The notes: a model not told the origin generated them from the letters alone. DNA of 60,671 nt, filler included, from Dugesia japonica (GCA_001938525.1; 4 parts of 4 records of this genome joined end to end with filler, not necessarily neighbours in it), one strand, 5' to 3'. Shown: positions 1 through 14,730, counted from the whole stretch's first letter. Translations and numbers: made by a program.

Positions 1-345
1 GATACTAGTTTAGTCTCTTCAATTTCACTTAAGAGAGAGTAGGTTCTTCTGGGGACAAGACTAATTCCTTCTTCTTTGGTAATTCTTTGAACACTATTAT
101 GGGGAATATCAGCCTCATTAGAAAGAGATACAATACTAGAGGATCGGCGCTTGCGAATAACTTCGGCAATTCGTTGTCGTCTATCAGCATATCCTTCGAT
201 ATTCTTTCTTCCTGAACCACCCTTCCTATCTAGTGTACCTCTTTCGAAAAATTTTGTTCTTAAATCGTAGGCATAATCTTTATTGACATGGAATGCATCG
301 CATAAATTTTAGTTTAGTATTCTGGCTGCACTTTGCCAATTTTCA
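1..345 (-). mobile_element. Tc1/mariner-like transposase N-terminal (HTH) relic, running off the window start
   Basis: A minus-strand frame other than the listed ORF reads FFERGTLDRKGGSGRK...IAEVIRKRRSSSIVSLSNEADIPHNSVQRITKEEGI, resembling the paired-HTH/GRP-linker region of Tc1/mariner transposases; one in-frame stop upstream. Confidence 0.55.
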
Positions 346-1660
346 TTAGAATCCTCTCATAGTGAATTAGAAATAATATTTTTTCATCATTTAAAAGCGC
401 TGTAGTATCTAAACAATATTATTTCAGTTAAACAAACAAGAATTATAAACTCTTTTATCAAATGTTGGGCTGTTAACATTAAATAAATAAATCAGGTTTT
501 TTATGGTATAGGTGTTCGCCAAAATAACCTTGGAGTTATAAGAGTTTCATGGGCCGACAGAGTTTGGAATATTTTTCATTATTAAATCATTTAANNNNNN
601 NNNNNNNNNNNNNNNNNNNNNNNNNNNNNNNNNNNNNNNNNNNNNNNNNNNNNNNNNNNNNNNNNNNNNNNNNNNNNNNNNNNNNNNNNNNNNNNNNNNN
701 NNNNNNNNNNNNNNNNNNNNNNNNNNNNNNNNNNNNNNNNNNNNNNNNNNNNNNNNNNNNNNNNNNNNTGATAAATGTTATTATAAAATATTAAAATATA
801 TTTATTCCTATTTAAATATTGTCAGTCAGCTGATAAAATGTTTCTATTGCACTTTATAAAATTTAATCAACTGTTTTAACATTACACGAACTTTCAAATT
901 CTAATAAAATAAATAATTTATTAAGNNNNNNNNNNNNNNNNNNNNNNNNNNNNNNNNNNNNNNNNNNNNNNNNNNNNNNNNNNNNNNNNNNNNNNNNNNN
1001 NNNNNNNNNAAAATAAAATTTTAAAATTGAAATATTACAAAGAAAATTACCAATCTGAATTTTCTTGATTGAATGCATCGGAAGAGCAATCGCTAATGGC
1101 GGGCGTTTTGTTAGGAAATCGATTCTATATTAATGAAAATCAATATTTGTAAATTAATATATTTTCACAAAAAAATAAGAATTATTTTGCAATCGATATT
1201 GATTAAGCTAAAAANNNNNNNNNNNNNATAAATTCACAAAATATAAATTTATTATTTTAATACTGTAATTCGTTCATTCTGATAAAATAGATTTAATAAA
1301 GAAAAGTAAAATCATTAAAAATATAATATTTATTTTGATGCTCAGAGAAAGAAATTAGCAATTAGAAATTTACAGAAATAATTGAAAAAAAAGTTACGAC
1401 ATCATTTAGAAAAATATGTATATAGAATATATTTTATAAATATTAAAAAGTTAAAATATTACAGATAAAATTCTAATATTTTAGCACTATAATTATATAG
1501 ATAATTTTATTTATGTGAAAAATGTTACAAAAACATCTTACTTCCAAAAACAAACATGAAACCAATTATGTCATAGTTCGAACATAATAATGAGTGAAAA
1601 TTTTACATATTTATCTATCGTTTTAATTTATGACTTCATATATATATTTACAATTGCAAT

Positions 1661-1782
1661 TATTGCGAGAATCGAATTCTTATCCAATATCAATAAAAAA
1701 CCAAAATTTTGATCTAAGCTTTTATATTAAATGNATTCTATAAAACGATCAATGGTTATGTCCAATAATTATTCTCGCAATA
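1661..1782. mobile_element. MITE with 12-bp TIRs (TATTGCGAGAAT)
   Basis: TATTGCGAGAAT at 1661 and its reverse complement at 1771-1782; a related copy starts at 40703. Confidence 0.55.
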
Positions 1783-2189
1783 TATATGTCTTCATTTTTA
1801 TAAGTATTTAGTATTATTATTAGTATATGGATTCAACTTTTTATCAATAATATGCACGGCTATTTGAAGAAGAAGCGCTTGTAAAACAGAACTGCAAACA
1901 ATGGGCTATTCTGGTGACTAAATGAGCAATTGTCTATTTAATTAAATTAATAACTCTAAAAATATAAATCAATTAAAATAAAAATAATTTCATATATTAA
2001 CTACCAATTTGCATTGAAAATAAATAATAGTATTCAAAAAAATTTAAAAATATATTTAGATGAATAATTTAAAATTGAATATTTGGTACAAGTTCGTGTT
2101 GTCTTTAATGAAAATTCATACACNNNNNNNNNNNNNNNNNNNNNNNNNNNNNNNNNNNNNNNNNNNNNNNNNNNNNNNNNNNNNNATGT

Positions 2190-2805
2190 ACGGTTACGGT
2201 TTAAAAAGAGTACAATTCAGGTAAGAAGACTGTTTAATCATGTTGATGCATTTGTCAATCAAATTTGGATATTCTGACCATTCAAACATGTTATTGTTCT
2301 TTCCTGATGAAAAGAGTTTTAATGAAAATCNAAAGTGAATAGAATAAATTAGAAATCGGTTTGCTGCAATTCTNCTCGAATACTCACAGTTATGCAGACA
2401 AACTTTCATTCATCTTTATTGGTTTTGGATGTTCTGAGCAACCGACCGGTCATATAATTTATCCATATATATTAACACTGGAAATCGATATAAATCCATA
2501 GATTAAAGAAGTGGCACAAAGAGGGTCACACTTGTGAGAGAAGGATTTAGGTCTTTCTTAAAAAGCATTCGCAACATAAGAAATGTTGATAGCAAAATCG
2601 TATTATTACGTCATCCATAACCTATGACCTACCAGATTCAAATCTTTTAAAGTATTACGCCTAGGGTGCAATCCAAAAGGACACAAACAAACATTCTTAC
2701 AAATCCAAAAATGCATTACGGGCTGCCATAGGTGGCATAATGATCAAAATTAATAAGAAGTAATCGATCAATGTATGCAGTAGTTTCAGAAGCTGGATTA
2801 AGCCT
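2190..2805 (+). pseudogene. Degenerate maT/DD37D (mariner-like) transposase catalytic domain
   Basis: With frameshifts reads NMLLFFPDEKSF..KVNR....VMQTNF..LLVLDVLSN and LPDSNLLKYYA*GAIQKDTNKHSYKSKNALRAAIGGIM..INK..INVCSSFRS, colinear with the FFSDEK and SPDLNPLDYYVWG..TNKH motifs. Confidence 0.7.
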
Positions 2806-3059
2806 GAAAGTAATTTTATTTAATAAAATTATACTGCATTAAGATTACCAAATACTGTGAAAAATAATACCTTATATTTTTAATTGAAAACCAAAATTTG
2901 TTCACAATTAGCTGACGCATCTTTATTTATGAATATNNNNNNNNNNNNNNNNNNNNNNNNNNNNNNNNNNNNNNNNNNNNNNNNNNNNNNNNNNAAGATC
3001 CTATGGATAAGATCCAATGATAAATATGGAATGAATTTTAATAATAAATGGAATTCTGA

Positions 3060-3338
3060 TTTCCTGTTAATCATTTATCATCCTATCCCAGTAGTTCTAA
3101 CAGTAGCTCATTTTCAAACAATGCATCTAGTCAAAGCAATAGAGGAATTTCTAACAGATTTTATACATTAGCAAATCTTAGTCCACCATCATCAACTCAT
3201 ATATCTGGAGATGGAATATCAGGTCAACCACATAATAGACAAAATGTACTTTCTGTTCCAAAACTATCTCGTCAAAAACGAAATAATTATCGGAATAATT
3301 TCCGAACTTTATTAACAAGTCATAGTGAAACACATTGA
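3060..3338 (+). other. Ser-rich open frame, possible terminal exon of an unknown gene
   Basis: ~92 uninterrupted codons (FPVNHLSSYPSSSNSSSF...LLTSHSETH*) in otherwise stop-rich DNA; no recognised homology. Confidence 0.25.
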
Positions 3339-5432
3339 AAAAATTTTGAAAGTTTAATCATTTAATAAATAGATTTATAATTTAATAATTTTTCAAAAAA
3401 TACCGAATAATACAAATATGTTTTTAAATCATTTTTTTAAATAAATTGACAGATTTGAATAGGTTTATTTATTTCCCCAACGATTCATATTTAATTTCGC
3501 AATATAAAAAGCCATATAAAATATATGAGACCATAAAATTTTTAATTATAATTTAATCAATGCTTTTATCTAAAACATGAAAATATTAAACTTATTAATG
3601 TTTGTTCATATAAAATCGGTCCTGTATTATATTTTTAGATTATTATTTCTTTAAATTTTATTTCATTATTGTTAAAATAATTTCAGCCAAGCACGTTAAT
3701 GATTAAAACAACCACAAAATTCTATAAATGTTAAATAACTCTCAAAACACAATAACTGATTTAAAATGACTTAACAAAAATAATATAAAATTATAAGACT
3801 GTTTTTAATAAAGATAGTTTTAGAAAGAAACTTCAACAAAAAAAAACTTTGTAAAGAACCAGGTGTCAAATTCTTGCTTCAAAAATTAAAACAAAGATTA
3901 AAAAAAAGATTGAAATAAAATTTCTAATTTTTAAATGAATCATTTTGAAATAGTATCGTCTTTTGAAAGTTAAAAAATTTAAATTTGACCATCTTATCTT
4001 ATTTTAATAATGAATTAAAAATCAAAATAAACACAAACCGTGTTAAAATAACAAAAAGAAAACAAATTTATCAAAAAGTTATACACTCAACTCTTTTTTT
4101 ACACGGTTTAGAAATAACACAGTTCCAATTTTTATGTGCGATTAAATAAATTTTGCTCGTCATTTTTGTGTGCCTAGTACGAATTATTTTTTTTTATTTT
4201 TTCAAATATTAAATTTAGCACCAATTTTTTATTTGAATTATTTTTTTATTTATATTTATGGAATAAATTTACACTGTAATTCTAATTTTATTTTTCAATA
4301 AAAATGATTGGGTTTATACATATAATATAGGTTTCATTATTATATTTTTTTGCACGGATTTTGGAAAAATAGTTTTTTCAAGTTATACGATTTTTTAAAG
4401 TTGTGGNNNNNNNNNNNNNNNNNNNNNNNNNNNNNNNNNNNNNNNNNNNNNNNNNNNNNNNNNNNNNNNNNNNNNNNNNNNNNTAGTTGGGTGTATGTGC
4501 AAAAATATTCGATTATTTATTGGTAAAAATAACGAAAAAATAGCATAAAATATGCAAGATTGCAGTTTATTAAGAATAACGGGAAAATTAATTGATTTAA
4601 TCAATTAAAAATATAATCAATGATAACAAATGAAAACCACCATATCGATAAAAAATCACCGAGATTCTGTCACCAATAAATATCCAATCTCAGCAAAAAA
4701 ATTAGAAAGTTAGTGCAATTGTTCTAACACTATGCCTACCTGGTTCTTGGCAATGATAATAGATTGCTAAACATGAGTATTATTAATAGAAATTTAAGAA
4801 TCTAAGGTTTATAATAAGTTTTGTACAAAATTTAAACAAATATATATTTTATTTCTACTAAAAGACTATTTTATAAAAATAAAATTAATTTTTAGATAAA
4901 TCGACATTAAAATAATATTTCAAAATATCAAATTACTTTCTGAAATAAAATAATAAATATTATAGAGCTTTATGGAATTTACATTAGCTATGATTTAGAA
5001 ATTTAGAGTGGAAAAGTGAAAGAATGCATGAGATCAGAATGGCATGAGTAAATCACATGAAAATCCATTATGAATATACCAATCACGGTTCAAGTTCATT
5101 TTCTGTTATCAGTATCAACCATGACAAAATATTTTTGTCACTAAAATATCATTTGTAATATTCGATAATCATTATATTTCGATCTTAATTTTCATGAAAA
5201 TAAAAAAACTGATCACAACAAAAAATTATAAATACAATTTATAACTAGATGAAAACAATTTGTGTTAATATAACTAAAGCACTAACCTCACGAAATATAT
5301 TTTTTCAAATGTTATCAAAGCTACGGTATTCATATCTTGAAATTCCTTTTCATTCCTATATAAAAAATAAATTAAAATTGAATCAGATTACAGAAATTAA
5401 TCAGAAATATATTGATTTTTGAATACTTACTG

Positions 5433-5435
5433 AAT

Positions 5436-5500
<65 letters not shown>
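5433..5500. repeat. (AAT)n microsatellite
   Basis: Direct reading. Confidence 0.95.
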
Positions 5501-5503
<3 letters not shown>

Positions 5504-8358
5504 GCATAATTAATTTATGATTTAATTAACATAAAATATTTGTCAAAAGACCATAATTAGTAGTAATCAACTTCTATCCACAACACTTATTTTCAATTCT
5601 TCATAAAATTTTAATTAAAATAACAAAACCATTGAAAAAGTGTAATAACNGATTATTAATGAATAAAATAATTATAAAATTATAANCAATATAAAATAGA
5701 TGATTTCGAAAATCGAATTTTGTGTTAAAGAAATTTTTAAAAATTTCACTATTGAAATTGTCGAAATTGAGATTATTTGGATTGAAATTTTACAAGGGAT
5801 TAGATGAACTTGTTTAATCAATAAACAAAGTTTTAATTAATATATTTTCTTGAAAAGTTTAATAAGTTTTGTGACTAATAATACTTAATGTTACAAATAA
5901 TTAGATCAGTATCGGGAAACTTTTTTCGTTTGCGACACATCAAACCACGAAAAAATATTTTTGCGGTACAACCATAAAATAAAACCTAATAATTTTTAAA
6001 ACGTGAGAAAAAATTAAACAATATCAAGTGACTAAATGTTGAGAATTCCACCAAGCGTTTTTTACTAATTTTATATTTACAAATTAAAAAGCTGAAAAAC
6101 ATTAGCAATTTTAAATACTTTCCTTTAGTTTTCGCGGTACACTAAAACTTGCTATTATATGCGTTGCTCGACACTAAATTGGACCATTTACTTTTTTCAA
6201 AACAAATATTCATCGATATTTTCGCTAAGATTTTTCATTTTAAACACCATTTTTATCATCGCCAAATGATGTTGTTTCATAGGGAAAAGTAACTATTTCA
6301 TGTGTATACTTCTAGATTAATAAAGATATCCAAAGCAACAAATTTTTCAATATCAATAAGAATAGATTAACTTATTGGTTTTTGAACGAACTACTTGTTA
6401 AAGTAATCTTTTAATTTCGTTGAACTGATTAATCTAGCATAAAAGTATGTGCTTTGATATGGAATTCGGTGACTGAAAAAAACTCAACATTTCAAGATTG
6501 TAACGAATCAGAATCCATCTAGTATCAAAGTTATCTTTTCTTTGTTATTTTGCATTTGAAATTCCATTTTCTTAAGTACTAAATAAGCTACTAAATAAGC
6601 GATTTTGTTAGATTGACAATTTTATGGAAATTTTATGTTTTATGTGATATTTTCTGATTTTCCAATAACCAAAAGCAGATATCTTTACAGAACATATTTA
6701 CTATTATAAAATATAAGTTTTAACAATAGATTTACGAACTGAGCCAATTTGACTGAATTTGCTATATATTTATATAGCAAATTGAATAAATCCGTAAATT
6801 AGGTGTTAAACACCATGAAAGATATCCAGGTTTGGTGGCAAAGTAAGTTGTCAAAAATTATTTCATTCATCCTAAGTTAAAACGTTTCTTTTCTCATATT
6901 TAGATAAAACATGCTATCAAATATAGAATCACATTCTCCATAAAGCTTTTCGCTCAGATTTTATACTATACTATCCGTTGATTTATCATATTATAATTAT
7001 TTCTTTTTCTTTGCATATTTCATTTATTTCTTATGCCTATTGATTTGTTTTAATTCACAAAAGTTTCTCTGTTGTATTCATATTGGGTCTTGAATTACTC
7101 CTTCCACTGAACCATTGATGAAATGCTTTTATAAATTCCAATTGTGGCTATCTGATTTTTTTCATAAAACCAAATAGATTGTCACAAAATATGAGCTGGT
7201 AGATTTTTCACGTTTATCTCAAATTTGTTGATTTTATATCAAACACTTAGCAATGATTTTATAAAATTTCCGACTATAATTTTCAAAATATTTGAAATTA
7301 TTGAATAAGTTAGAAAATTTTGAAAAGGTATTTCATTTATTTGATTTCTTTTATTCATATATCTGCAATTCTAAAAACCAAAATCTCAACTTAAAAAAAC
7401 ATTTGTAAAATGTTAAATGAAACTATATAATTAATCTATATATTACATAATATGTTACATAATAAAAAATGCATTACGAATTTAAAACTACACTACTACA
7501 CAGACAAATTGATCTTTATCAAAATTAACGCAATTGAATCTGAATAATGCAAATTTAAATTAAAACAAATGCACTGTTTGACATTATAACCGATAATGAC
7601 CTTCATTTTATTTAGCATTTGTGTTTTCATGCCTTCAACAGAGTTTTTCAAAAGGTTTTAACCTCTTTAAAAATTTGATTATATTAAAACTTACAGAATT
7701 GAATAAATTTTAATAAATCATTAGAAATAACAACCATAGTTTTTATGAAAAAANTATGATCAAATATTTTATACTGTGAATTTGATATGAAAAATAAGCC
7801 AAATATTTGATAAATCCAAAATAAAAACCATTAAAAACAATATGCATATTATATACAAAATAAAAAAGATTCTCCCAAATAAATATATATTTATTTCATG
7901 AATTTTACGTTGTCACCTTATCCTCATTTTCTAATTTTTATGTTACATAACAAATATTCATTATCAATCTCGTAAATTACAATAATTGGTTAAATGAAAT
8001 TGTACACTGAAATGTAGCAATCACCGTCGGTCAACAGAATAATTTAGCAAACTACATACAACACATTAAATTACGAAAAAATTACTAGTAATTAAGGTCT
8101 ATTTGAAAGATACACGAATAATACATGAAAACATAATTAATTTACAAATGTGGAATAGAATGCACGAATTCATAACAAACTAGATAGATTTTTTGGAATT
8201 ATTTAATTCCAAAATGTATTGAAATTTGATTGAGTTAAAACTTTTAGATGCGTATTTAATAATAAATCACATTGCATATTTAATAATAAATCACAATACA
8301 TATTTAATAATAATTCACATTACATATTTATAACTTGATATAACTGTATTGGTCTACA

Positions 8359-8430
8359 GCAGTGCTTATTAAACTATGGGNCGCGAACCCATTTGAAGTT
8401 GCGAAAAAAATATTGGGGTTGCACACAGAA
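8359..8430 (+). mobile_element. hAT (Buster/Charlie-like) terminal remnant
   Basis: CAGTGCTTATTAAACTATGGGNCGCGAACCC...GTTGCGAAA...GGGGTTGC resembles the CAGTG..CAAAC..GGGTCGCGACCC ends of Charlie/Buster elements; a similar weaker end near 5907. Confidence 0.4.
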
Positions 8431-9135
8431 ATTTTGGAATCAAATTAAATTCGAGCGCTTTTCAATTTATACGCCATTGCGGTTATCGCATTAACAATGT
8501 GTGTATTTTGAACATGATTGATTGGCTGTATTCATCTTAATTATTAATTTTTAATAAGTGTATTTGTGGCTATTTATGTTTTATTTCGTAACCCATAGCT
8601 ATGGTCGTGAAAAATCTCATGATGAAAATGTTAAGCATTGTTATGATGATTGTGATTTCAATACGAAATTTAATGACATTGATAATAAAAGTCTATTATT
8701 TTGGAAAAATGCTTTCATTTGGCTAAAATAATAGACAAATAAATTTCAAATGAAACTTTTTATATATGTGAGATAATAGCCACTTATATATGAATTTACA
8801 AATGTTATGTAAGATCAACAACACTTTATTGTAACACGAAACATCGATGAATCACAATATATTTCAACAAACTATTCAATCGATCTATTTATAGAGCAAA
8901 TTGTATTTGAATGTTAAAATAAAAATTATAATTATAAATATAATAATGATAAATAAATCTAAAATTATAACCGAGACGTCTAAATTACCTTACATATTAG
9001 AATTACAGATTATTAAAAAAATTTAGTAAATGTAAAATGAAAACAGATTAAAATGAAAGCTAATAAATTAAACGAATATAATTGAATAAAAGAATTTTTA
9101 GACGTTTATTTAAAATTATATTTCGAGAAACACTA

Positions 9136-9315
9136 CACTCATCCTTCGCTTTACGGAATGGTTCCGTTCCAGAAAAGTTGTCCGTAAATTGAAATTCCGT
9201 AATATACATACATATATGTACATACTACATACATAGTTATAGTACATAGAAAATGGTCATTATGTACGTAAAAAAATTCGATTTACGGACAACTTTTCGG
9301 GAACGGAACCATTCC
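9136..9315. mobile_element. pogo/Tigger-like MITE, right end lost in gap
   Basis: TA then CACTCATCCTTCGCTTTACGG; arms GGAATGGTTCCGTTCC.GAAAAGTTGTCCGTAAAT (from 9155) and its reverse complement ending 9315, around a TACATA-rich core. Confidence 0.6.
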
Positions 9316-9743
9316 NNNNNNNNNNNNNNNNNNNNNNNNNNNNNNNNNNNNNNNNNNNNNNNNNNNNNNNNNNNNNNNNNNNNNNNNNNNNNNNNNNNNN
9401 NNNNNNNNNNNNNNNNNNNNNNNNNNNNNNNNNNNNNNNNNNNNNNNNNNNNNNNNNNNNNNNNNNNNNNNNNNNNNNNNNNNNNNNNNNNNNNNNNNNN
9501 AATTTAATATTGATATTTTCAAATGAAATTCTAAATGTATGTCAACAGGTAAAAGCCCTGGTAAAAATAAAATTAACACAAAAAGCAATATGACCGTAAC
9601 AATGATAAAAAAATCAAGCTACATACCATTGATATAATTTACTAATAACAATAAATTTACCACATAAGCATGTCTAGTGAATCGTTGCTGTAATAATAAT
9701 TATTAAATTTAATCAGCCAATAAAAAAGTTTATAAATCAATCA

Positions 9744-9843
9744 NNNNNNNNNNNNNNNNNNNNNNNNNNNNNNNNNNNNNNNNNNNNTTAATTAATTAAN
9801 NNNNNNNNNNNNNNNNNNNNNNNNNNNNNNNNNNNNNNNNNNN
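9744..9843. other. Artificial scaffold-joining spacer
   Basis: 44 N + TTAATTAATTAA (stops in all six frames) + 44 N. Confidence 0.9.
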
Positions 9844-10041
9844 TTTCCATGTAATGTGATGTTGTTCTGGTGAAATTTTATGTTTGTGTTGAAAGTGTTT
9901 GAATACTTCACTTTTATGAGGACGTCGTTACTATATGCTCTTTTGTTTTAATTGACAGTTTTTGAAATTGTTTATTTTTCATGTCTTCTATTCAATTCTC
10001 TTATAATAATTATTGATTTTCTTTCTCCCTCGTTCTAGCCC

Positions 10042-10092
<51 letters not shown>

Positions 10093-10142
10093 NNNNNNNN
10101 NNNNNNNNNNNNNNNNNNNNNNNNNNNNNNNNNNNNNNNNNN

Positions 10143-10206
<64 letters not shown>
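10042..10206. repeat. (AAT)n microsatellite flanking Gypsy element 1
   Basis: Direct reading, with an internal gap. Confidence 0.95.
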
Positions 10207-10208
<2 letters not shown>

Positions 10209-10379
10209 TAAGGATTAAAAATTAAAAAATTACAATTGAAAGTTTGAAAAAGAAAATGTTATAATGTTATATTTATAAATGTTGTATTTAAAAAAGGATT
10301 TGAAGATTTGAAATTTCGTTTATAAATAAAATTTTATTGAACTTAATGGACTTTTCGGACAGTTTATCTGTAACTAACA
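10207..10379 (+). repeat. 5' LTR of Gypsy 1
   Basis: Aligns with 13099-13303; ends ...TAACA. Confidence 0.85.
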
Positions 10380-13098
10380 TGGAGACCAACGCTTCAATGG
10401 ACCTCATTTACACCCAGAAATTTACCGGCATGGTGACGACATTGAACAGTTCATCAATGGTTGCCTCAATTACTTCAAATGAATTGGTATAAAAAAAAAG
10501 TATCAAAACCTCTTGGTGGTTGGCTTAATTGATTGAGAAATAAGAGAAGTATATGAATGCCAATGAATCAATCGATTTTGAGGACCGACCGAGGAAAGAG
10601 TTCTACAAAAAGACTACTCTATTACAAGATTTGTAGGAAGCTTTAAAATACAAGAGAACGGATGATCACGTTTATGTGTACAAGAAAAAGATTTTAACAC
10701 TGGTCGATAAAATCTTTGCACACAAACTAGATAAAGAAGAGATGGTAAAATAATAAATATTCAATAGTTGCCGCGATAAAAGAATGCAAATAAAGATTAA
10801 AGGAGACAAACTAGCCAACTCGGAAAATTTATTTGAGACAATAAAAACAAATGATGAACTAAAGGAGGACCTGAAAAAACAGACAATATAAATACGGTTG
10901 AGAGTTACAGCAATGCAGTTAAAAGAGGCATGGCAAAAGAACGTTTTTCAGTAGTAAACAGAACTCAAAGTAAAGCTAAAAGAGAAATTACATGTTGGTT
11001 ATGTCATAAACTTGGGAAACGCGTATTACTAGGTACCCTTAAAAAAAGAGTCGCAAGAGAAAACAGCCTTCCGAAAAATAATGGTCAATATTTTTTCACC
11101 AGTATGCCATTTGGCATAGCAGCAGACCAAGAAAACTCCAAGCACTAATGGCAAAAGTGTTGGATGGTCTAGTTGGAGCAATGGTGAATATGGATGGCAT
11201 AATGATATTCTCAGAAGGACTAAAAGAGCATTATATAACTCTGGGTCAGATATTAGAATGGATAAAAAAGGCAGGGTTGAAAGTGAATGCAGAAAAATGT
11301 CACCTATTACGCAAAGAAGGGAAATTCTTTGGTCACATAATAGATAAAGAAGGAATTCGAACAGATTCAATGAAAATCGAAGCTATCAGGAATTTTGAGA
11401 AACCCAAATGTGTAAAGAGCCTGAGAAGCTTTCTGGAAATATGCAATTATTTCAGGAGATTCATCAAAAATTATTTAAACAAATCTAGAGCCCTAGAAGA
11501 ATTATGTGTAAGCACCAGAACCAAGCTAATATGATCAGATGGATGTGAGAAAGCTTTCGAAGAAATGAAACAAGCACTGATAGAAGCACATATTCTAGTA
11601 TTCCCTGATAGAAAGAAGACATTTATTTTAGATACTGACGCCAGTTTCGACGCAATAGGAGCGGTCCTTTTACAAAATGATGATGATGGAAGAGAAAGAG
11701 TTGTTGCTTACGGATCACATGCAATGGAATCACATGAGAATTAGTACCGTATCACACAGAAGAAATTACTAGCAATATATTACTTTTGCAACCACTAAGC
11801 ATTATTTATATGGAAAAGAATTCATAACGAGGACAGATCACAAAGTCATTATATTCATGAAAAAGACGAACAAACCGATAATACTTTTCATGAATTACCT
11901 TAGCAGCTTAGACATGAAACTAATATGTAGACAAGGCGAGAAACACACAAACGCAGATATGCTCTCAAGAATGAAATGCGGAACGTGCACTCAATGTCAA
12001 ATGTAACATATAGATCTAAAGATGGGGAAGATTAAAAGAAGAGATAAAGAGATAAAGAGATAAAATGGCAAGAAGGAACAGAGAAAATAAAACTAATCAA
12101 ACGAGATATTCAAGAAGAAAAGGATTCAAAGTATAGAGTCGAAATTAATATAGTGAAAGCAAGGGATGGGGAAATTGGGATTCCAAAAGAGAAAAGAATA
12201 TCAATGATCAAAAAGATACACACATTATTAATACATTCAGGAACAAAGAAAATGATCAGCTATATAATCAGCAACTACGACATGGAAGAACTGAAGAAGA
12301 CAATCGCAGAAGTGATAAGACAGATCAAGTGTGCCAAAAGAACAAAGTTAATACTGAGGCAGCAAAAGAGACAACAGTAAAATTAAGCGCATGTTGTCCA
12401 ATTGAAAAGATATATATGGACATATGTGGGCCTTTTCGAGAGACTGTGAACATACGAAGATATATATGTGGAATAATAGATCAATACAGTCTATATGTAA
12501 GCCTAACGGCAATCAGCAAGCAAGATGGTGAGACGATTAAAAAAGTGATAATGGAAAAATGGGTCCTGAGATTTGGTACACCGAGAGAAGTTCACGTGGA
12601 CAGTGGTAAAACATTTGAATCAAAAGACTTCAAGAATCTGATGAAATCGAGGAATATAGAAGTACATTTTTAGAGTACATATTATAGAGACAATTCTGCA
12701 CAATCAGAGACTGTATTAATGCAGCCGCAGAGAAAGATAGAAGAAACGATTGGAGTAATAAGATACCGGAGATCGAATACATGATGAATGCAACAAGACA
12801 AAAGACATTAGGGATATCACCAGCAGAATTAATATTCGGTAGGAAAATTCACAGAGAACAATGGTTCGACAGCCAAAAAGATGACAAAGATTCGATCGAG
12901 AAAATACCTTCAAAAAGACAATTCCAAATGGAAGATGAAGTATTCATAAAACTAGAACAAAAGACAATGAAAGATATGCTGGACCATACAAGATCACTTA
13001 GAAGCTACATGATGGAAGATGTCGTATACGAAATGTAAATGAAAAAGAGCTGAAAGAGAATGTAGAACAGCTTAAAAAATTCTTTTAATCGAGGAGGA

Positions 13099-13303
13099 TG
13101 TAAGGATTTAAAATTGAAAAATTACAATTCAAAGTTTAAAAAGAAAATGTTATAAAAGATTTAAAGAATTTTTTTAATTATTTAAAAAGGTTATTTAAAT
13201 ATACAGTATTTTAAAAAAGTATTGGAAGATTTGAAATTTTGTTTCATAAATAAAATTTTATTAAATTTAATGGATTTTTCGGAAGGTTTATCTGTAACTA
13301 GCA
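13099..13303 (+). repeat. 3' LTR of Gypsy 1
   Basis: TG...CA ends, preceded by a polypurine tract. Confidence 0.85.
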
Positions 13304-13370
<67 letters not shown>

Positions 13371-13420
13371 NNNNNNNNNNNNNNNNNNNNNNNNNNNNNN
13401 NNNNNNNNNNNNNNNNNNNN

Positions 13421-13474
<54 letters not shown>
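13304..13474. repeat. (AAT)n microsatellite between Gypsy 1 and Gypsy 2
   Basis: Direct reading, with an internal gap. Confidence 0.95.
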
Positions 13475-13702
13475 TGTGAGATATGATTAATAATATAATA
13501 TTTCATATTGGCCTTTATATAAGTAAATCAACATATGTATGTGATAATAGGTGAATGCATGATTGACTGTTTGAATGTGTGTATGATTTTAGTGCTCNNN
13601 NNNNNNNNCATAACTGATTCCTCAAAAGCTATATATATTTGTTACAGTGTCATTTTGTTTTAGAATATATATTTTATGCTTAACTCTATTTCCAAATCTA
13701 AC

Positions 13703-14719
13703 ATGGCAATCACGTCAATCCTGAACTCGTGGATTCCAACACCCAAGGTTTTTAAGATACGAGGAAATATCAAAGAATTTATTGAAGAAGCTAACAGATT
13801 TTTTGAAATTTTCATGACATCGAATCAATTAAAGAAAATAATTATAAAAGCTTTTATGACAACAGACACAGTCAAATTATATGAAGCAGTAGATTCAAAG
13901 ATTGAAGTTTTCGAAAGAAGATGCAGAGAAGCATTTTCAGAGCCCGCAGAGCTTGATAAAGATCGAATTATTGTCTTGAAATATCGTAGAATCAATGAAT
14001 CCTCAATTTCATTTTTTTCAAAAGTTGGAAAATTAGCAGATAATATTCTGCGTCACCAGTCACGAAGGAAAAACTCGTCAAATTCCTTTTTCAAAATTCA
14101 ATGGACGATAAAGAAGTTAAAAAAAATTAAAATGCGAGATATGCGAGATAATGTTGAAAAAATGAAAGAAGTTATAATTAAAATTGATGAATCCAAAAAA
14201 GAAATGGAACCAGAATATTGAATATCAACGTTGCAGAAAAAAGTTACATATGCAACAGCAGCGCGTGAAATTCCAAATTCAAATAATAGATTCAATAAAC
14301 CAAGATTCAATGGAAATTTTATTCAAAGTAAAAATTATGAGCAGAAACATGATTCCAAGATATATCGAAGAAATACCGGAAATTTTACTGGAGGAAATTT
14401 TAAGCCCAATGTTCAGACTTTAAGAGTGAGAAAATGTTGGGCATGCAGAGAAGAAGGTCACATACTTGCACAGTGTACTAATGTTAAATGTTTGCATTGT
14501 AAGAATCTAGGTCATCTCCGATTACAATGCCATGATATTAATCCTTTGAGAGCAGAAAGAAGACGAATGTACAACAAGCCACGAAGATTTCAAATGAATG
14601 CCTATAATGATGATGATGATGATGCCTGTCCCAGTGATGGAGTAGATCAAGGAGATTATTCTGGAAATGCCAAAGCTCTAATGAGGAAGGATGCAATTGG
14701 AGCTATAAATCTAGGTTAG
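13703..14719 (+). pseudogene. gag: gag of Gypsy 2
   Basis: MAITSILNSWIPTPKVF...; CWACREEGHILAQC and CLHCKNLGHLRLQC zinc knuckles; internal disruptions. Confidence 0.85.
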
Positions 14720-14730
14720 ATAATAATGTT

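Larger units (their letters stand above)
10207..13303 (+). mobile_element. Ty3/Gypsy LTR retrotransposon 1 (degenerate, internal deletion)
   Basis: LTRs 10207-10379 and 13099-13303; PBS-like TGGAGACCA; PPT GAGGAGGA; gag with knuckle CWLCHKLG joined almost directly to RT (MPFGIAA), then RNase H (FILDTDASF) and integrase (YMDICGPF, HVDSGKTF); RT-RH-IN order. Confidence 0.92.

Noticed and set aside
5900-7400. Possible hAT transposase body
   Set aside because: Too decayed to support beyond a terminal-like motif
549-9588. ORFs containing long X runs (also 23086-23490 and others)
   Set aside because: Open only because they cross N gaps
10013-13506. Poly-Ile/Asn and poly-Leu ORFs (10013-10225, 13288-13506)
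   Set aside because: Translations of (AAT)n microsatellites
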